From the NCBI GenBank assembly GCA_019636215.1, contig JAHBXZ010000015.1, forward strand, positions 11,540 to 75,539: DNA of 64,000 nucleotides, given 5' to 3'. Under the pieces are notes generated by a model. It had not been told where the DNA came from, searched no databases, and saw only the letters and a list, made by a program, of their open reading frames with translations. The stretch is from Planctomycetota bacterium. Its GTDB lineage: Bacteria > Planctomycetota > UBA8742 > UBA2392. Below are positions 45,879-55,855 of the stretch, piece after piece. Both the position numbers and the translations under genes were made by a program. Every line of letters begins with the position of its first letter. The first letter of the stretch is position 1.

Positions 45879-47378
45879 ATGAGGCGAGTTCTTCCATTCC
45901 TGTGCGTGCTGGCCGCCTTGGCGGCCTGCCGCGAAAGCGAACCCGGCGACCCGGCCGAGCCCGGCTATTCGTACTTTACCCTCTCGCCAGCCACACTGCC
46001 CTCGGCCCTGGAAGACACGCCCTACAGCGCGCAGATGCTGGCCGGCGGCAAGCTGGCCGATGCCGACCAGCAGCCCCTGGAATGGAGTATCGGCTGGGGC
46101 TCGCTGCCGCCGGGCATGTCACTGCCGGCTTCTTCAACCACAACCAACTACCTGCAAGGCTCGCCGACCACACCGGGGCTGTACCATTTCGGCATCCGTG
46201 TGAAGTCGCAGTTCGGCAGCGCCGACGTCACCTTTGACCGCACCCTGAACGTCGTGCCGCCGGGCAACCTTGTCATCACCACCGTCGGCCTTGCCTCCGG
46301 CACACAGGGAAGCGCGTACAGCGAAAGCCTTTCTGCCGCCGGCGGTACCGGCGTGGGATACACCTGGAGCATCATTTCGGGTGCCCTGCCACCCGGCCTT
46401 GCACTGGATAGCCGCAACGGGGCGCTGAACTGGGGCAGCTTCAGCCAGAGCGGTCAACTCGACCAAGGCCAGGGCGGGGGCATGCTGGCCGAGGCCAGCG
46501 GCATCTGCGCCTCGCGCCGCAACCCCGGCATCTACTGGGTGCATGACGACAGCGGCGCGACGGCCGAGCTGTTCGCCGTCGACGCCACCGGCAACGTACG
46601 CCAGCGGTACAGCCTGGGCTACACGCCCACTGATTGGGAAGACATTGCCATTGGCCCCGGGCCGGACCCGCTGCGCGAGTACCTTTACATCGGCGACTTC
46701 GGCGACAACGGGCTTTCGCGAGGCGACTGTCACCTGGTGCGCGTGGAGGAACCGCTGATTCCGGCCACGCCCGGCAGCCCGATTGCGCTTTCGCACGAGC
46801 GCTTTTACTTCATGTACTCCGGCGGCGCGCAGAACTGTGAATCACTGCTGATCGACTGGGACACCGGCACGCCCTACCTGGTCGAGAAAACCGCCGGCGC
46901 CCCGCGCGTGCAGAAGTTCCCGATGCCACTGAGCGCCGCATGGACCGCCGGCAACCCCGTGACGCTGGTTTCGGTGCCGGTGGGGTCGGGCCTGCCGTCC
47001 ACGCTCACGGCCGCTGACGCCAGCCGCGACGCCCGCCGCGTGGTCTTGCGCGGTTACTCCGGTGGTGTGGAGATCGCCCGGCCCCAGGGTGCTTCATTTG
47101 ACAGCATCTTCATGGCTTCGCCCACCGCCGTGGCCATGCCCGGCGGCCAGCAGCACGAGGCGCTGTGCTATTCGGCCGACGGTGAGTTGCTGGTTACCAC
47201 GACCGAGATTGCGTCGGGCACCAGCGCGCCAATCCATGTTTCTGCGGCGGCCCCTGACCCGGGCTTTACTACGATCAGCGGCACACCCGCGGCCGTGGGC
47301 CTGTATTCGTTCATCGTGCAGGTGCGCGACAGCGCGGGCAACACGGCCCTGCGCGGGTTTGTCATCACCATCCAGTAG
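45879..47378 (+). CDS. Lipoprotein with putative Ig-like (He_PIG-type) domains flanking a central beta-rich domain
   Basis: Lipobox LAALAAC. Repeated G(S/T)P..PG.Y.F...V.D and GALPPGLALDSRNGAL motifs. Confidence 0.7.
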   Translation: MRRVLPFLCVLAALAACRESEPGDPAEPGYSYFTLSPATLPSALEDTPYSAQMLAGGKLADADQQPLEWSIGWGSLPPGMSLPASSTTTNYLQGSPTTPGLYHFGIRVKSQFGSADVTFDRTLNVVPPGNLVITTVGLASGTQGSAYSESLSAAGGTGVGYTWSIISGALPPGLALDSRNGALNWGSFSQSGQLDQGQGGGMLAEASGICASRRNPGIYWVHDDSGATAELFAVDATGNVRQRYSLGYTPTDWEDIAIGPGPDPLREYLYIGDFGDNGLSRGDCHLVRVEEPLIPATPGSPIALSHERFYFMYSGGAQNCESLLIDWDTGTPYLVEKTAGAPRVQKFPMPLSAAWTAGNPVTLVSVPVGSGLPSTLTAADASRDARRVVLRGYSGGVEIARPQGASFDSIFMASPTAVAMPGGQQHEALCYSADGELLVTTTEIASGTSAPIHVSAAAPDPGFTTISGTPAAVGLYSFIVQVRDSAGNTALRGFVITIQ

Positions 47379-47384
47379 GCACGC

Positions 47385-47600
47385 AAAGGCACCAGACCAG
47401 GGTGCCTGACTGGGGTGGTCAGGCAAGGATTCCAATGCACCTGTGACGGCCGAACCCGGCCAGTGGTTCGTGCAGGTTGAAAGCACGGGTGGCACGGGCG
47501 TCTCGCCCGTGTAAAAAAGTCGCAGGGGCGTTTCGCTCCTGCCGGCAGGGCCGAGACGGCCGTGGCACTTTTTACTTGGGCGAGACGCCCAAGCCACAGA
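47385..47600. repeat. REP-like palindromic units in the intergenic region
   Basis: CACGGGCG-TCT-CGCCCGTG (47493-47511) and CTTGGGCG-AGA-CGCCCAAG (47575-47593), plus GGCACC...GGTGCC and TGCCTGAC...GTCAGGCA hairpins. Confidence 0.55.
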
Positions 47601-47608
47601 TTCAACCT

Positions 47609-49270
47609 CTAGTCCTTCAGTTCGTCGGCGTACTTTTTGGCCTGCTGGCGGATCAGCGGCTGGGGGTCGTTGTTGGCGACATTGAGAAAGTACGGCCGCA
47701 GTTTCTTGTCGTTCATTTCGCCCAGGCGAGTCAGTGCGGCCTGTCGCACGCGCGGGCTGGCGTCTTCGTCGATTACCTTTTTAAGCCGGTCGGTGTTCTT
47801 GGCCGGGATGTGCGCCACGGCCACGGCCCGCACGGCGGCGTCGCGGTCAGGGCCCAGGTAACTTTCGACAATCGTTTCGGCCTTGCGCGGGTCGCGGGCC
47901 AGCAGCGCGCCCAATGCCTGCGACTGTGTGCCGGGGTTTGCGCCTTGCTCGATGATGCGGGCGAGTTCAGCCGCGGCTTCGGGCAGCGGGCATTGGCGCA
48001 GGCCCTCAATCGCGCCGGTGGCGGTGGCAGAGTCAGCGGCGGCGGCCGACTCGGCCAGCAGCTTGAGATCTTCGGTGGTCCGGGCGCGATAACCCCAGGC
48101 GGCCAGGTAATCACCCAGGTTGGCGTCTTTGCGCTGCAGGCCGGTCTCCAGAAGCTCGCGGGCCTTGGGCAGTTCGGTGCGGCACAGTCGCTGGATCAGC
48201 AGTTGCTTTTCAGCCTGCGGCGCATTGCCCGCCAGCACCCGGGCGACCAGTGCCGAAACAGCGTCGCCTTGCTGGATCACCCGGTCGCCCAGCGGTGTGC
48301 GCACCAGCGAACCAGCCTTGAGCTGACCCGGCGGGGTGTACACCGGGAACATCTGCACCAGGGTCGCGGTGTAAGGCCGCAACCAGGGCGCGTCCATCTG
48401 GGCCAGCAGCGCGGGCACGTCCGCCTGTGCGGTTGCGTAGACGGCAAAGGCCTGCTCTCGCAGTTTCAGGTCGGCGGTGCCGCGTTCCAGCAGGCGGCGC
48501 ACTTCCTGCTCAAACTCGCGCGCGAGCTCGGGCCGGTCGGTCAGGATCGCGGCTTCAGTGATGTGCCACAGTGTGAGTTCAAGCGCCCAGGCCGGGATTT
48601 GCGTGTCCAGCGCGTTGCGGGCAAATGCCAGCGGGCGCGGGTCGGCGGTGGGTTCGGAAGACTGCATCTGCAGCACCAATCGGCGCAGCAGCGTGTGGGC
48701 ATAGGCCTTGAGCTCGTCTTCTTCGCCGGGGTCATAGATTTCGTCGGTGCCCAGGAACTTGCCGGCGCGAAGTTCCAGCGCGCGCGCGGCCCAGCCCAGG
48801 GCGGGCTCCTGGGCGTGAAATGCCGCAAAGAACTGCGTGCGCACAAAGGCGCTGCGCTCGGGTTCCAGGGCTGCCTGCACGCGCTCGTCGACAAGTTCGT
48901 GCGGCCGACAATTGCGCAGGGCTTGGTGGGCAAGGTTGATGCCGCGCCCGTCATTCACCTTGGTCGCGTGGGCCAACTGACCCAGGTAGATGTCGATTTC
49001 GCGGGCGCTGTTGGCCTGTTCCTCAACGGGGGGCTCGCCGCCCTCTGGTTCGGGGCCGGGCGGCCTGTCGGTTTCGGATTCGTTGGCCGGGGCATTCTCG
49101 GCAGGCAGGTCGCGGCCCCGGCTGCCAAGGTCGGCAACTTTTGGCCCGTTGCCTGCGCCGGGCGCGGCTTCATTGACCGCGCCGGGGCGCCTGGGCGCAA
49201 TCCACACAAAGGCCAGCACCGCCGCCACAGGCAGCAGAAACAACGGCCAAAGGTGTTTGCGACCCGACAT
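47609..49270 (-). CDS. HEAT-repeat protein with an N-terminal TM anchor
   Basis: LWPLFLLPVAAVLAFVWIA TM segment and C-terminal PBS-lyase-type HEAT units (DAAVRAVAVAHIP..., ASPRVRQAALTRLGEM). Confidence 0.8.
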   Translation of the reverse strand: MSGRKHLWPLFLLPVAAVLAFVWIAPRRPGAVNEAAPGAGNGPKVADLGSRGRDLPAENAPANESETDRPPGPEPEGGEPPVEEQANSAREIDIYLGQLAHATKVNDGRGINLAHQALRNCRPHELVDERVQAALEPERSAFVRTQFFAAFHAQEPALGWAARALELRAGKFLGTDEIYDPGEEDELKAYAHTLLRRLVLQMQSSEPTADPRPLAFARNALDTQIPAWALELTLWHITEAAILTDRPELAREFEQEVRRLLERGTADLKLREQAFAVYATAQADVPALLAQMDAPWLRPYTATLVQMFPVYTPPGQLKAGSLVRTPLGDRVIQQGDAVSALVARVLAGNAPQAEKQLLIQRLCRTELPKARELLETGLQRKDANLGDYLAAWGYRARTTEDLKLLAESAAAADSATATGAIEGLRQCPLPEAAAELARIIEQGANPGTQSQALGALLARDPRKAETIVESYLGPDRDAAVRAVAVAHIPAKNTDRLKKVIDEDASPRVRQAALTRLGEMNDKKLRPYFLNVANNDPQPLIRQQAKKYADELKD

Positions 49271-49646
49271 GCTTCCTTAGTTAACGACGACCCAGCGACA
49301 ATGGCAGGGGAAAGAGGTGCGAAGTGTGGAGTTTGGGGGCGGGAGTTGGGAGGCCGGAGTTAACAGCAAAACGGGACACAGGTTGAGTCGTTGCAGCTAC
49401 TCGCGCCTCCGGCCTCCCGCCTGCGAACTGCGCCGCGCGCTGGCGCTTGCGGCTCTTGTTCTGAGCCAAGCGCCAACCTCGCGACACCCCTGTTTGCGAA
49501 TCGGGTTACATGCTTCCCCCGAAGTGAATTGCGCAAAACGGGTTGCGTGGCAAACCTTGCGGCCTTCATGACTTGGGCATAGACTTGCCCGCGCTGCACT
49601 AACCCCCAACTTATGCGCCGGCCTGCGTAGTGCCGGACGGTCTTCC

Positions 49647-52600
49647 ATGCCCCGAATCACCTTCAAGAAGTCAGAACGCCCCCCGGTTGACCTGCACGAA
49701 GCGGCCACGGTCGGCCGTTCTGAGCAGCACGCCAACGTGGTGGTGAAAGACAACCGCCTGTCGCGGGCCCATTGCCGGTTTGAGCCCCGCGAAGACGGCA
49801 CCTGGGCGATCGTGGACCTGGACAGCCAGAACGGCACCTTCCTCAATGGTCGCCGCATCAAGGAAGCACTGGTCAAACCGGGCGACGTCGTCACCATCGG
49901 CGCCTGCGACATGGTGTTTGAGGCCAACAGCGGCCCGGGTGCCAGCACAGTCATGGCCGGTGTGCAATCCTCGCGCGCCGGCGCGGCGGACTTTTCGGCC
50001 GTGGGCGAAGACAAGCCGCGCAAGGAAGACAGCAACAAGGTCGACAGCACCCGCACCGTTGTCGCCCCCGCTGCCCTGGTGCTGATTGAGGGTAGCCTGG
50101 CCGACAAGATTCACCCGATCACGCAGGATGTCTTCACCATCGGCCGCAAGAAGGACAACCACCTGTGTCTGGAAGGCGACACCAAGGCCAGCGGCCACCA
50201 CGCGCACATCAAGCGCGACGGCCTGACCTACGTGCTGGAAGACCTGAAAAGCATGAACGGGGTGTCGGTCAATGGCACGCGCATCACTGCGCCGGTCAGC
50301 CTGAAGCCCGGCAATCGCGTTGAAATCGGTTTGCAGACCTTCGAGTTTCAGCTTCAGGGCAAGCCGAACATTTCCAGCGGCATGACGGCGCCCAAGCTGG
50401 CGCGCGAGGACATCAAGGCCCGCCTGAGTGCCCCCGGTGCGGCCGGCGAACAGGACGACCTGGACGAACTTGACCCCGGCGCGGCAGCCACCGGCGCCGA
50501 AGCCACCGGCGAGTCCACCGCCCAGCTTGACGCCCACGACCGCGCGGCCCTGACCCAGAAAGTGGCCAAGGTTTCCAGCGGCGCGGTGTTCGGCATCATT
50601 GAAGTGATCGTGGTGCTGGCGATTGCCGGCGGTGTGCTGTACGCGGCCTGGATGCTGTCGCGCGACGAAGGCGAACAGATCGGCGGCGATGGCCAGGGCA
50701 ACTACGGCCCGGCGCGGCCGGGCGGGATGATCACCGTCAACTCCAGCTTTGATGAAAAGGACGAAGGCGGGTTTGCCAAGGGATGGCGCTATGAAGTCGC
50801 GGGCACGGACAGCTTTGCGCTGGTCGAAGGCGCCCGCGGCGGCCAGTACGCGATGCAGCTTGCGCGGTACTCACCGGGCAACTCGGCCAGCTATGTGGTC
50901 AGCGCGGCCATGGAGCTTGGCGGCGCCAAGGGCATCAAGGCCTCGGCCTTTGCGGTGAACAGCGAGTTCAGTGTGGACCGGTTCGGCGTTGCGGTGGTTT
51001 CCATTTTCTGGCTGGAACACCCGCGCGACCGCGACCCGATCCTGGTGACGCCGGTGGCGTTCAAGACGCGCATCGACAAGTGGACGGAACTAGCGGGGTC
51101 TGCCGCCGCGCCGCCGGGCGCCCGCGCCTTTGCCGTGGCGGTGGGCATCTGCGGCGCCAGCGGCAGCGTGGCCTTTGACGACGTGACGGCCGAAAAAGAC
51201 GACACCGCACCGCGCTGGTGGCAGCCCTACACACTGAAAACCGTCGAGGGCATGACCTGGTCCATCAGCAACGACGGCAGCATCGGGCTGGAGGGCCGCG
51301 AGGGCACCCTGCTGCGCGGCGGCCGCATCACCATGCACCAGGCCGACGGCCGCGTAGATGGCCTGGACGCCCTGACCATGCTGGCCGGGCCTCCCGCCGT
51401 AACGGTAAGTGATTCGCGCATCACCGCGGCCTTTGACTACTTTGACCCGCTGGCCGAACGCCGCGTGCGCCTGAACCTTGAACTGGGCGGCGAAGGCAAG
51501 GCCGCGGTCATCAACGCGCGCCTGGCAGCCACAGCCGACGGCCCGCTGGAAGGCGCGGCCAAGCGCGTGGCGCTGCACGTTCTGGCCACGCCGGCGTTTG
51601 CCCCGGCCGAACTGCTGCGGTTTGAGGGCGGCGCGCTGATGGAGTACCGCAGTGAAATCGGCAGCCCCACGGTGCGCAAGCCGATCGGCACCCTGACGGC
51701 CTCCAACACCGGCACAGGCAACACACTGTCGGCAGCCGCGGGCCTGGGCGCGACACTTTCGGCCACACAGCACCCCGGCGGGCGCGAACTGTTCATCCAG
51801 AATCCGCAGGGAATTTCGTTATCCATCGCCCAGGGCGAGGGCCTGGACGAACTGCAGCAGACGGTCGCGCTGCTGGCCGGCGTGCAGCAGGGCGAAGACC
51901 AGGTAGACCGCGTACAGCGCGCCCTGGAGATCTTCCGGCGATTTCCCTACTGCCAGCCGGAGCTTGCGACGGCGGCGCTGGCGATTGACGGCGCGGCCAA
52001 GGACTACAAGCTGCGGCTGGTCGAACTGCGCGACGGCATCAATGTGCCGCAGTTGACCCGCAACGAACGCCTGTACCGCAGCGCCATGGAACAGGCCATT
52101 GCCATCTCCACGCGGCTGTCGGCCATGCGCACAAGCTGGGAGGCCGAGTCGCTGGAAACCCTGCGCCAGGCCGGGCAGGCCGCCATGAGCGCCGCCACCA
52201 AGGAAGCCGCCGAGCGCGCCCGCATCGGGCTGGTGCAGCTGATTGACGTGGCCAACGACTTTGTGGGCCTGGGCGAAACCGCGCGCAAGAACCTGTTTCT
52301 GCTTGAGATCGACGTGCAGCAGCGCGACAGCGAACCGTTTGTGGTTTCGGCGCGCGACTTTCTGGCCGGCGGCCAGTACGTGCAGGGCATGCTGAAGCTG
52401 CGCACCGTCGTCACCAACCACCCGCGTTGCCTGCGCGGCATTGAGGCCAAGGAGCGGCTGGTCGACGTGGCCGAACGCCTGATTGCCGAGGCGGCGGACT
52501 ACAGCAAGCAGGGGCTGAAGAACATTGCGACCGACCGGGGTGTGCAGGCGCGCTCGCAGTTGAACCTGGCCGACAAGCAGCTTCTGGCGCGGATCCTGAG

Positions 52601-52751
52601 TGACCAGGAAAAAGGCTGGCTGATGCGCGCCAAGTTCGGCGACGGCAGCCTGGGCAAGGACTGGATGGACCGCGAAAACGCGCTGTTGCGGCGCATCACC
52701 GAACTTCGGGGCAAGCTGCCGACCGGGCTTCCGGCCGACACGGGGGAATAG
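49647..52751 (+). CDS. Double-FHA-domain membrane protein with a periplasmic jelly-roll (CBM-like) domain and a helical domain
   Basis: FHA1 is TVGRSEQHANVVVKDNRLSRAHCRF...DLDSQNGTFLNGRRI. FHA2 is FTIGRKKDNHLCLEGDTKASGHHAHI...DLKSMNGVSVNGTRI. TM segment is AVFGIIEVIVVLAIAGGVLYAAWML. Confidence 0.88.
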   Translation: MPRITFKKSERPPVDLHEAATVGRSEQHANVVVKDNRLSRAHCRFEPREDGTWAIVDLDSQNGTFLNGRRIKEALVKPGDVVTIGACDMVFEANSGPGASTVMAGVQSSRAGAADFSAVGEDKPRKEDSNKVDSTRTVVAPAALVLIEGSLADKIHPITQDVFTIGRKKDNHLCLEGDTKASGHHAHIKRDGLTYVLEDLKSMNGVSVNGTRITAPVSLKPGNRVEIGLQTFEFQLQGKPNISSGMTAPKLAREDIKARLSAPGAAGEQDDLDELDPGAAATGAEATGESTAQLDAHDRAALTQKVAKVSSGAVFGIIEVIVVLAIAGGVLYAAWMLSRDEGEQIGGDGQGNYGPARPGGMITVNSSFDEKDEGGFAKGWRYEVAGTDSFALVEGARGGQYAMQLARYSPGNSASYVVSAAMELGGAKGIKASAFAVNSEFSVDRFGVAVVSIFWLEHPRDRDPILVTPVAFKTRIDKWTELAGSAAAPPGARAFAVAVGICGASGSVAFDDVTAEKDDTAPRWWQPYTLKTVEGMTWSISNDGSIGLEGREGTLLRGGRITMHQADGRVDGLDALTMLAGPPAVTVSDSRITAAFDYFDPLAERRVRLNLELGGEGKAAVINARLAATADGPLEGAAKRVALHVLATPAFAPAELLRFEGGALMEYRSEIGSPTVRKPIGTLTASNTGTGNTLSAAAGLGATLSATQHPGGRELFIQNPQGISLSIAQGEGLDELQQTVALLAGVQQGEDQVDRVQRALEIFRRFPYCQPELATAALAIDGAAKDYKLRLVELRDGINVPQLTRNERLYRSAMEQAIAISTRLSAMRTSWEAESLETLRQAGQAAMSAATKEAAERARIGLVQLIDVANDFVGLGETARKNLFLLEIDVQQRDSEPFVVSARDFLAGGQYVQGMLKLRTVVTNHPRCLRGIEAKERLVDVAERLIAEAADYSKQGLKNIATDRGVQARSQLNLADKQLLARILSDQEKGWLMRAKFGDGSLGKDWMDRENALLRRITELRGKLPTGLPADTGE

Positions 52752-52753
52752 GC

Positions 52754-54421
52754 ATGGCCTTTGGGCTGGACATCGGTGCTTCGCTTTCCGCGCTGGCGGG
52801 CCTGTCCCGCCGCGGCGGCACCTGGCGGCTGGACCACGCGCTGGTGCTGCCGGGCTTCCGGCGCGACCCCGAGGCCAAGGCCGAGGCCTATGCCGACGCC
52901 CCGCTGGCCAGCACGTTTCGCGCGCTTTCCAGCCTGGGCGTGCGCCCGGGCAGCCCCGCGGTGCTGGTGCATGGGCGCGACGTGTTCTACCGGTTTACGC
53001 CCAGCGGCACCGACCCGCGCATGATCGAGCGCCAGGTGCAGCTGGAAGCCGACGAGCTTTCCGGCGAAGAAGGCAAAGTGCTGGCCGACCACGTAAGCGG
53101 CTGCGACTTTGACTATTCGCCCGTGATCCATATCGGGCTTGCGCGCGAGAACGTGATTGACCACTTCGCGGGCTGCCTGCGCGCCATGGGCATATCGTTT
53201 GGCCCGCTGACGCCGGGCTGCCCGGCGCTGTTTTCGGCCTACCAGGTTTCGGGCGATACCGACAGCGAAACGGTGTACCTGATTGCCAACATCGGCGACG
53301 AAAACACCGACATCATCATGGTGCGCGAGGGCAGCCTGCTGTACGCGCGCGACATCGGCGTGGGCGTGGAAGACTTCATCACCCGGCTGCTGCCGGAATA
53401 CGGCGGCGACCGCGACGCCGTGCGCCGCGTGCTGTTCAACGAAATCGACCTGCGCCCGGCCATTGCCGCCGACAACCTGCAGGGCAACCGCGGCGTCGAT
53501 GCCGGCCAGGAAGTCGCCGCGCGGCTTTTCCAGCAGATCACCAGCACGATCATGCTGGCCAAGGGGGCGCACAAGGCACCCAAACTGGATGCCGGCAAGA
53601 TCCTGCTGTGCGGCCCTGGCGCGGGCATTCCGGGCCTGCGCGAGTTGATGATGAACCGCACGCGCAAGCAGGTTGAGATTTTCGACCCGCTGGAAAAAGT
53701 CAGCCTGGACGGGCTTTCCGACCGCAGCCAGGAAACCGTCAACGCCTACCGCCCCGCACTGGCGCTGGCCGTGGGGCTTGCGCGCATCAACGCCGACCGC
53801 CGCGCCGAACGCATCGCGTTTCTGCCCGCCAGTGTGCGCAAACGCCGCGAGTTCCTGAACAAGAGCCTGTTTCTGTACCTGGCCGCGGCCGCGGTGCTGG
53901 CGGTGCTGGTGCCGCTGTACCTGCTTTCCTCGCGCGCTGCGACCACGGCTGCCGATGAACTCAAGCGCCGCCAGCAGGCGCCGATCGGGCGCTACCTGAA
54001 CGCCAGCAAGGAGATTGAGGTCTACAAGAAAGGCAACATCCGCGCCCAGCAGCGCGCCGATGCCTCCGACCTTGCGACCGCGCCCGGCCGCGTTTCAACC
54101 GCGATTCTCACCCAGCTTGCCAAGGTGCGACCGGACACCGCCCGTGTGCGCAGCGCGGTCCTGGAAACCCAGACCGGCAACCCCACAGGCGACAAGAACT
54201 TCGTGCCGCGCACGGTGCTGAAGATGAGTTTCTTTCTGGAAAGCCAGGAAGGCGCCGACCCGATCAAGGTCAAAGACGAACTGCGCGACGCCATCAAGAA
54301 GATCCCCGGCGTGAAAGCCGTGGTTCCCGGCGCCGCATCGCCCAGCGCCACAGTGCCGGGCATGAACGTGGAATACACCATCGAGCTTGACCTCGGGCCG
54401 GCCGGCAAGGGGGGCGCGTAA
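52754..54421 (+). CDS. PilM-like actin-fold ATPase fused to a PilN-like TM/periplasmic domain (GspL-like architecture)
   Basis: AFGLDIGAS..., IANIGDENTDIIMV and ILLCGPGAGIPGL are actin-like phosphate and adenosine motifs. They are followed by RKRREFLNKSLFLYLAAAAVLAVLVPLYLL and a ~170-aa periplasmic domain. Confidence 0.8.
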   Translation: MAFGLDIGASLSALAGLSRRGGTWRLDHALVLPGFRRDPEAKAEAYADAPLASTFRALSSLGVRPGSPAVLVHGRDVFYRFTPSGTDPRMIERQVQLEADELSGEEGKVLADHVSGCDFDYSPVIHIGLARENVIDHFAGCLRAMGISFGPLTPGCPALFSAYQVSGDTDSETVYLIANIGDENTDIIMVREGSLLYARDIGVGVEDFITRLLPEYGGDRDAVRRVLFNEIDLRPAIAADNLQGNRGVDAGQEVAARLFQQITSTIMLAKGAHKAPKLDAGKILLCGPGAGIPGLRELMMNRTRKQVEIFDPLEKVSLDGLSDRSQETVNAYRPALALAVGLARINADRRAERIAFLPASVRKRREFLNKSLFLYLAAAAVLAVLVPLYLLSSRAATTAADELKRRQQAPIGRYLNASKEIEVYKKGNIRAQQRADASDLATAPGRVSTAILTQLAKVRPDTARVRSAVLETQTGNPTGDKNFVPRTVLKMSFFLESQEGADPIKVKDELRDAIKKIPGVKAVVPGAASPSATVPGMNVEYTIELDLGPAGKGGA

Positions 54422-55341
54422 TGGACTTCCTGAAGAAACACGCGCGCTTTCTGGTCGTGCTGGTCGTGCTGGCCGTGCTGCTGTTCTTTGCCAACCGCGA
54501 ACTGGCCGATTCCTCGCGCCGCGTCGAGGCCGCGCGCGGCAGCACCGCGTCACTGCTCAAGGCCAACTACAGCGCGCTGTTCAAGGACGCCAAGGCCTAC
54601 AATGGCGAGCCCGCTGTGGTGGAGGGTCGCAAGATCCAGGACCGCACCCAGAACCTTCAGCAGGTGGAGTCCGCCCGCAACCAGATGCTGACTTTTGAGA
54701 CCGACCCGCAGTACACCCTGGCGTCGCTGGGCGCCGATGCCGGGGACGACGACAAGGTGCAGTACTACCGCAACAAGGCATCGCAGCTTTCCCGCGAACT
54801 TGCCTTCAAGCGCTACTTCCGGCCCGAAGGCGACACCGCGCTGGGCTTCAAGGCCGGCGAAGACCGCATTGCGGCCGCGCGTGTGCCGGACCTGCTGCGC
54901 CGGCTGGACATCGTGGCCACGGTAAGTGCCAGCGTGGGCCGCACCGGCGTGACATGGCTGAACAAACTGGCGTTCAAGGCCGTGGACAAAGACCTGGAGG
55001 CCCGCCGCCTGCCCGCAGTGCCCACGGCCGACGGCGAGGCCCCGTACCTGCAATCGGAGGGCCTGGAGATTGAGGTGCAGGCCGGCGAGCAGGCGCTGTA
55101 CAACTTCCTGCTGGACCTGCAGCGCCCGATGAAGGGCGACTCGCGCACGCGTTACCTGGCCGTCGAGCGCTTCAAACTGGAAAAGGCCGACCTGCTGGAC
55201 CCGGCCGACAACCTGATCACGGCAACAGTCCTGATCGTGGCCTACCGCGTGAATGAATCCAGCAGCTACCCGGTGGACCGCAGCGCGCCGGAATCACAGC
55301 AGAGCAAAGTCGGGCAACCCCGTTCGTTCCGGGACAGGTAA
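54421..55341 (+). CDS. PilO/GspM-like bitopic membrane protein
   Basis: N-terminal TM (FLVVLVVLAVLLFF), a coiled region and an alpha/beta C-terminus. The start overlaps the upstream stop (TAATG). Confidence 0.55.
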   Translation: MDFLKKHARFLVVLVVLAVLLFFANRELADSSRRVEAARGSTASLLKANYSALFKDAKAYNGEPAVVEGRKIQDRTQNLQQVESARNQMLTFETDPQYTLASLGADAGDDDKVQYYRNKASQLSRELAFKRYFRPEGDTALGFKAGEDRIAAARVPDLLRRLDIVATVSASVGRTGVTWLNKLAFKAVDKDLEARRLPAVPTADGEAPYLQSEGLEIEVQAGEQALYNFLLDLQRPMKGDSRTRYLAVERFKLEKADLLDPADNLITATVLIVAYRVNESSSYPVDRSAPESQQSKVGQPRSFRDR

Positions 55342-55346
55342 CAGCC

Positions 55347-55847
55347 ATGGATACAGACACCATTTTGCGCAAGCTGTCCGAGTGGAAAGAGAGAATCCTC
55401 TTCTGCGCGGTGCTGCTGTGCGTGCTGTACGTGGCCCGCAATGCGACTCTGACCGGCGCGGGCATCGACACCATTGACCGCGAAACCCGCCAGGCCGCAA
55501 TCGGGGCCTCGGGCGTTGACGAACAGACGGGCATGCGCGCGCTGGAACGCCTGCAGAAGCCGCCCGATATCTCGCCCACGCCGCCTGACCCGGCACAGGT
55601 GAACCGCCTGTTCTACGACGAGCGCGATGTGTACCGCCTGCCCCGGCCCTCGGGCTGGATGCTGGGCCAGGAAAACTTCGAGCGCCTGCCGCCGCTGCCG
55701 ATTTCGGTTCCGGACTACCCGTTGCTGACGGATTTTGACATGCCCACCGGCACCATGCCTGATCTGTCGCGTGCCCGGGGCATTGTGCCGCGCGACCTGC
55801 GCAAGGTTACGCTGTCTGACACTGACACCAGCGAGTTCAAGGACTAG
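55347..55847 (+). CDS. Small bitopic membrane protein (occupies the PilP/GspC position)
   Basis: 166 aa with TM segment ILFCAVLLCVLYV. Begins 5 nt after the upstream stop. Confidence 0.55.
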   Translation: MDTDTILRKLSEWKERILFCAVLLCVLYVARNATLTGAGIDTIDRETRQAAIGASGVDEQTGMRALERLQKPPDISPTPPDPAQVNRLFYDERDVYRLPRPSGWMLGQENFERLPPLPISVPDYPLLTDFDMPTGTMPDLSRARGIVPRDLRKVTLSDTDTSEFKD

Positions 55848-55855
55848 GAGACGCC

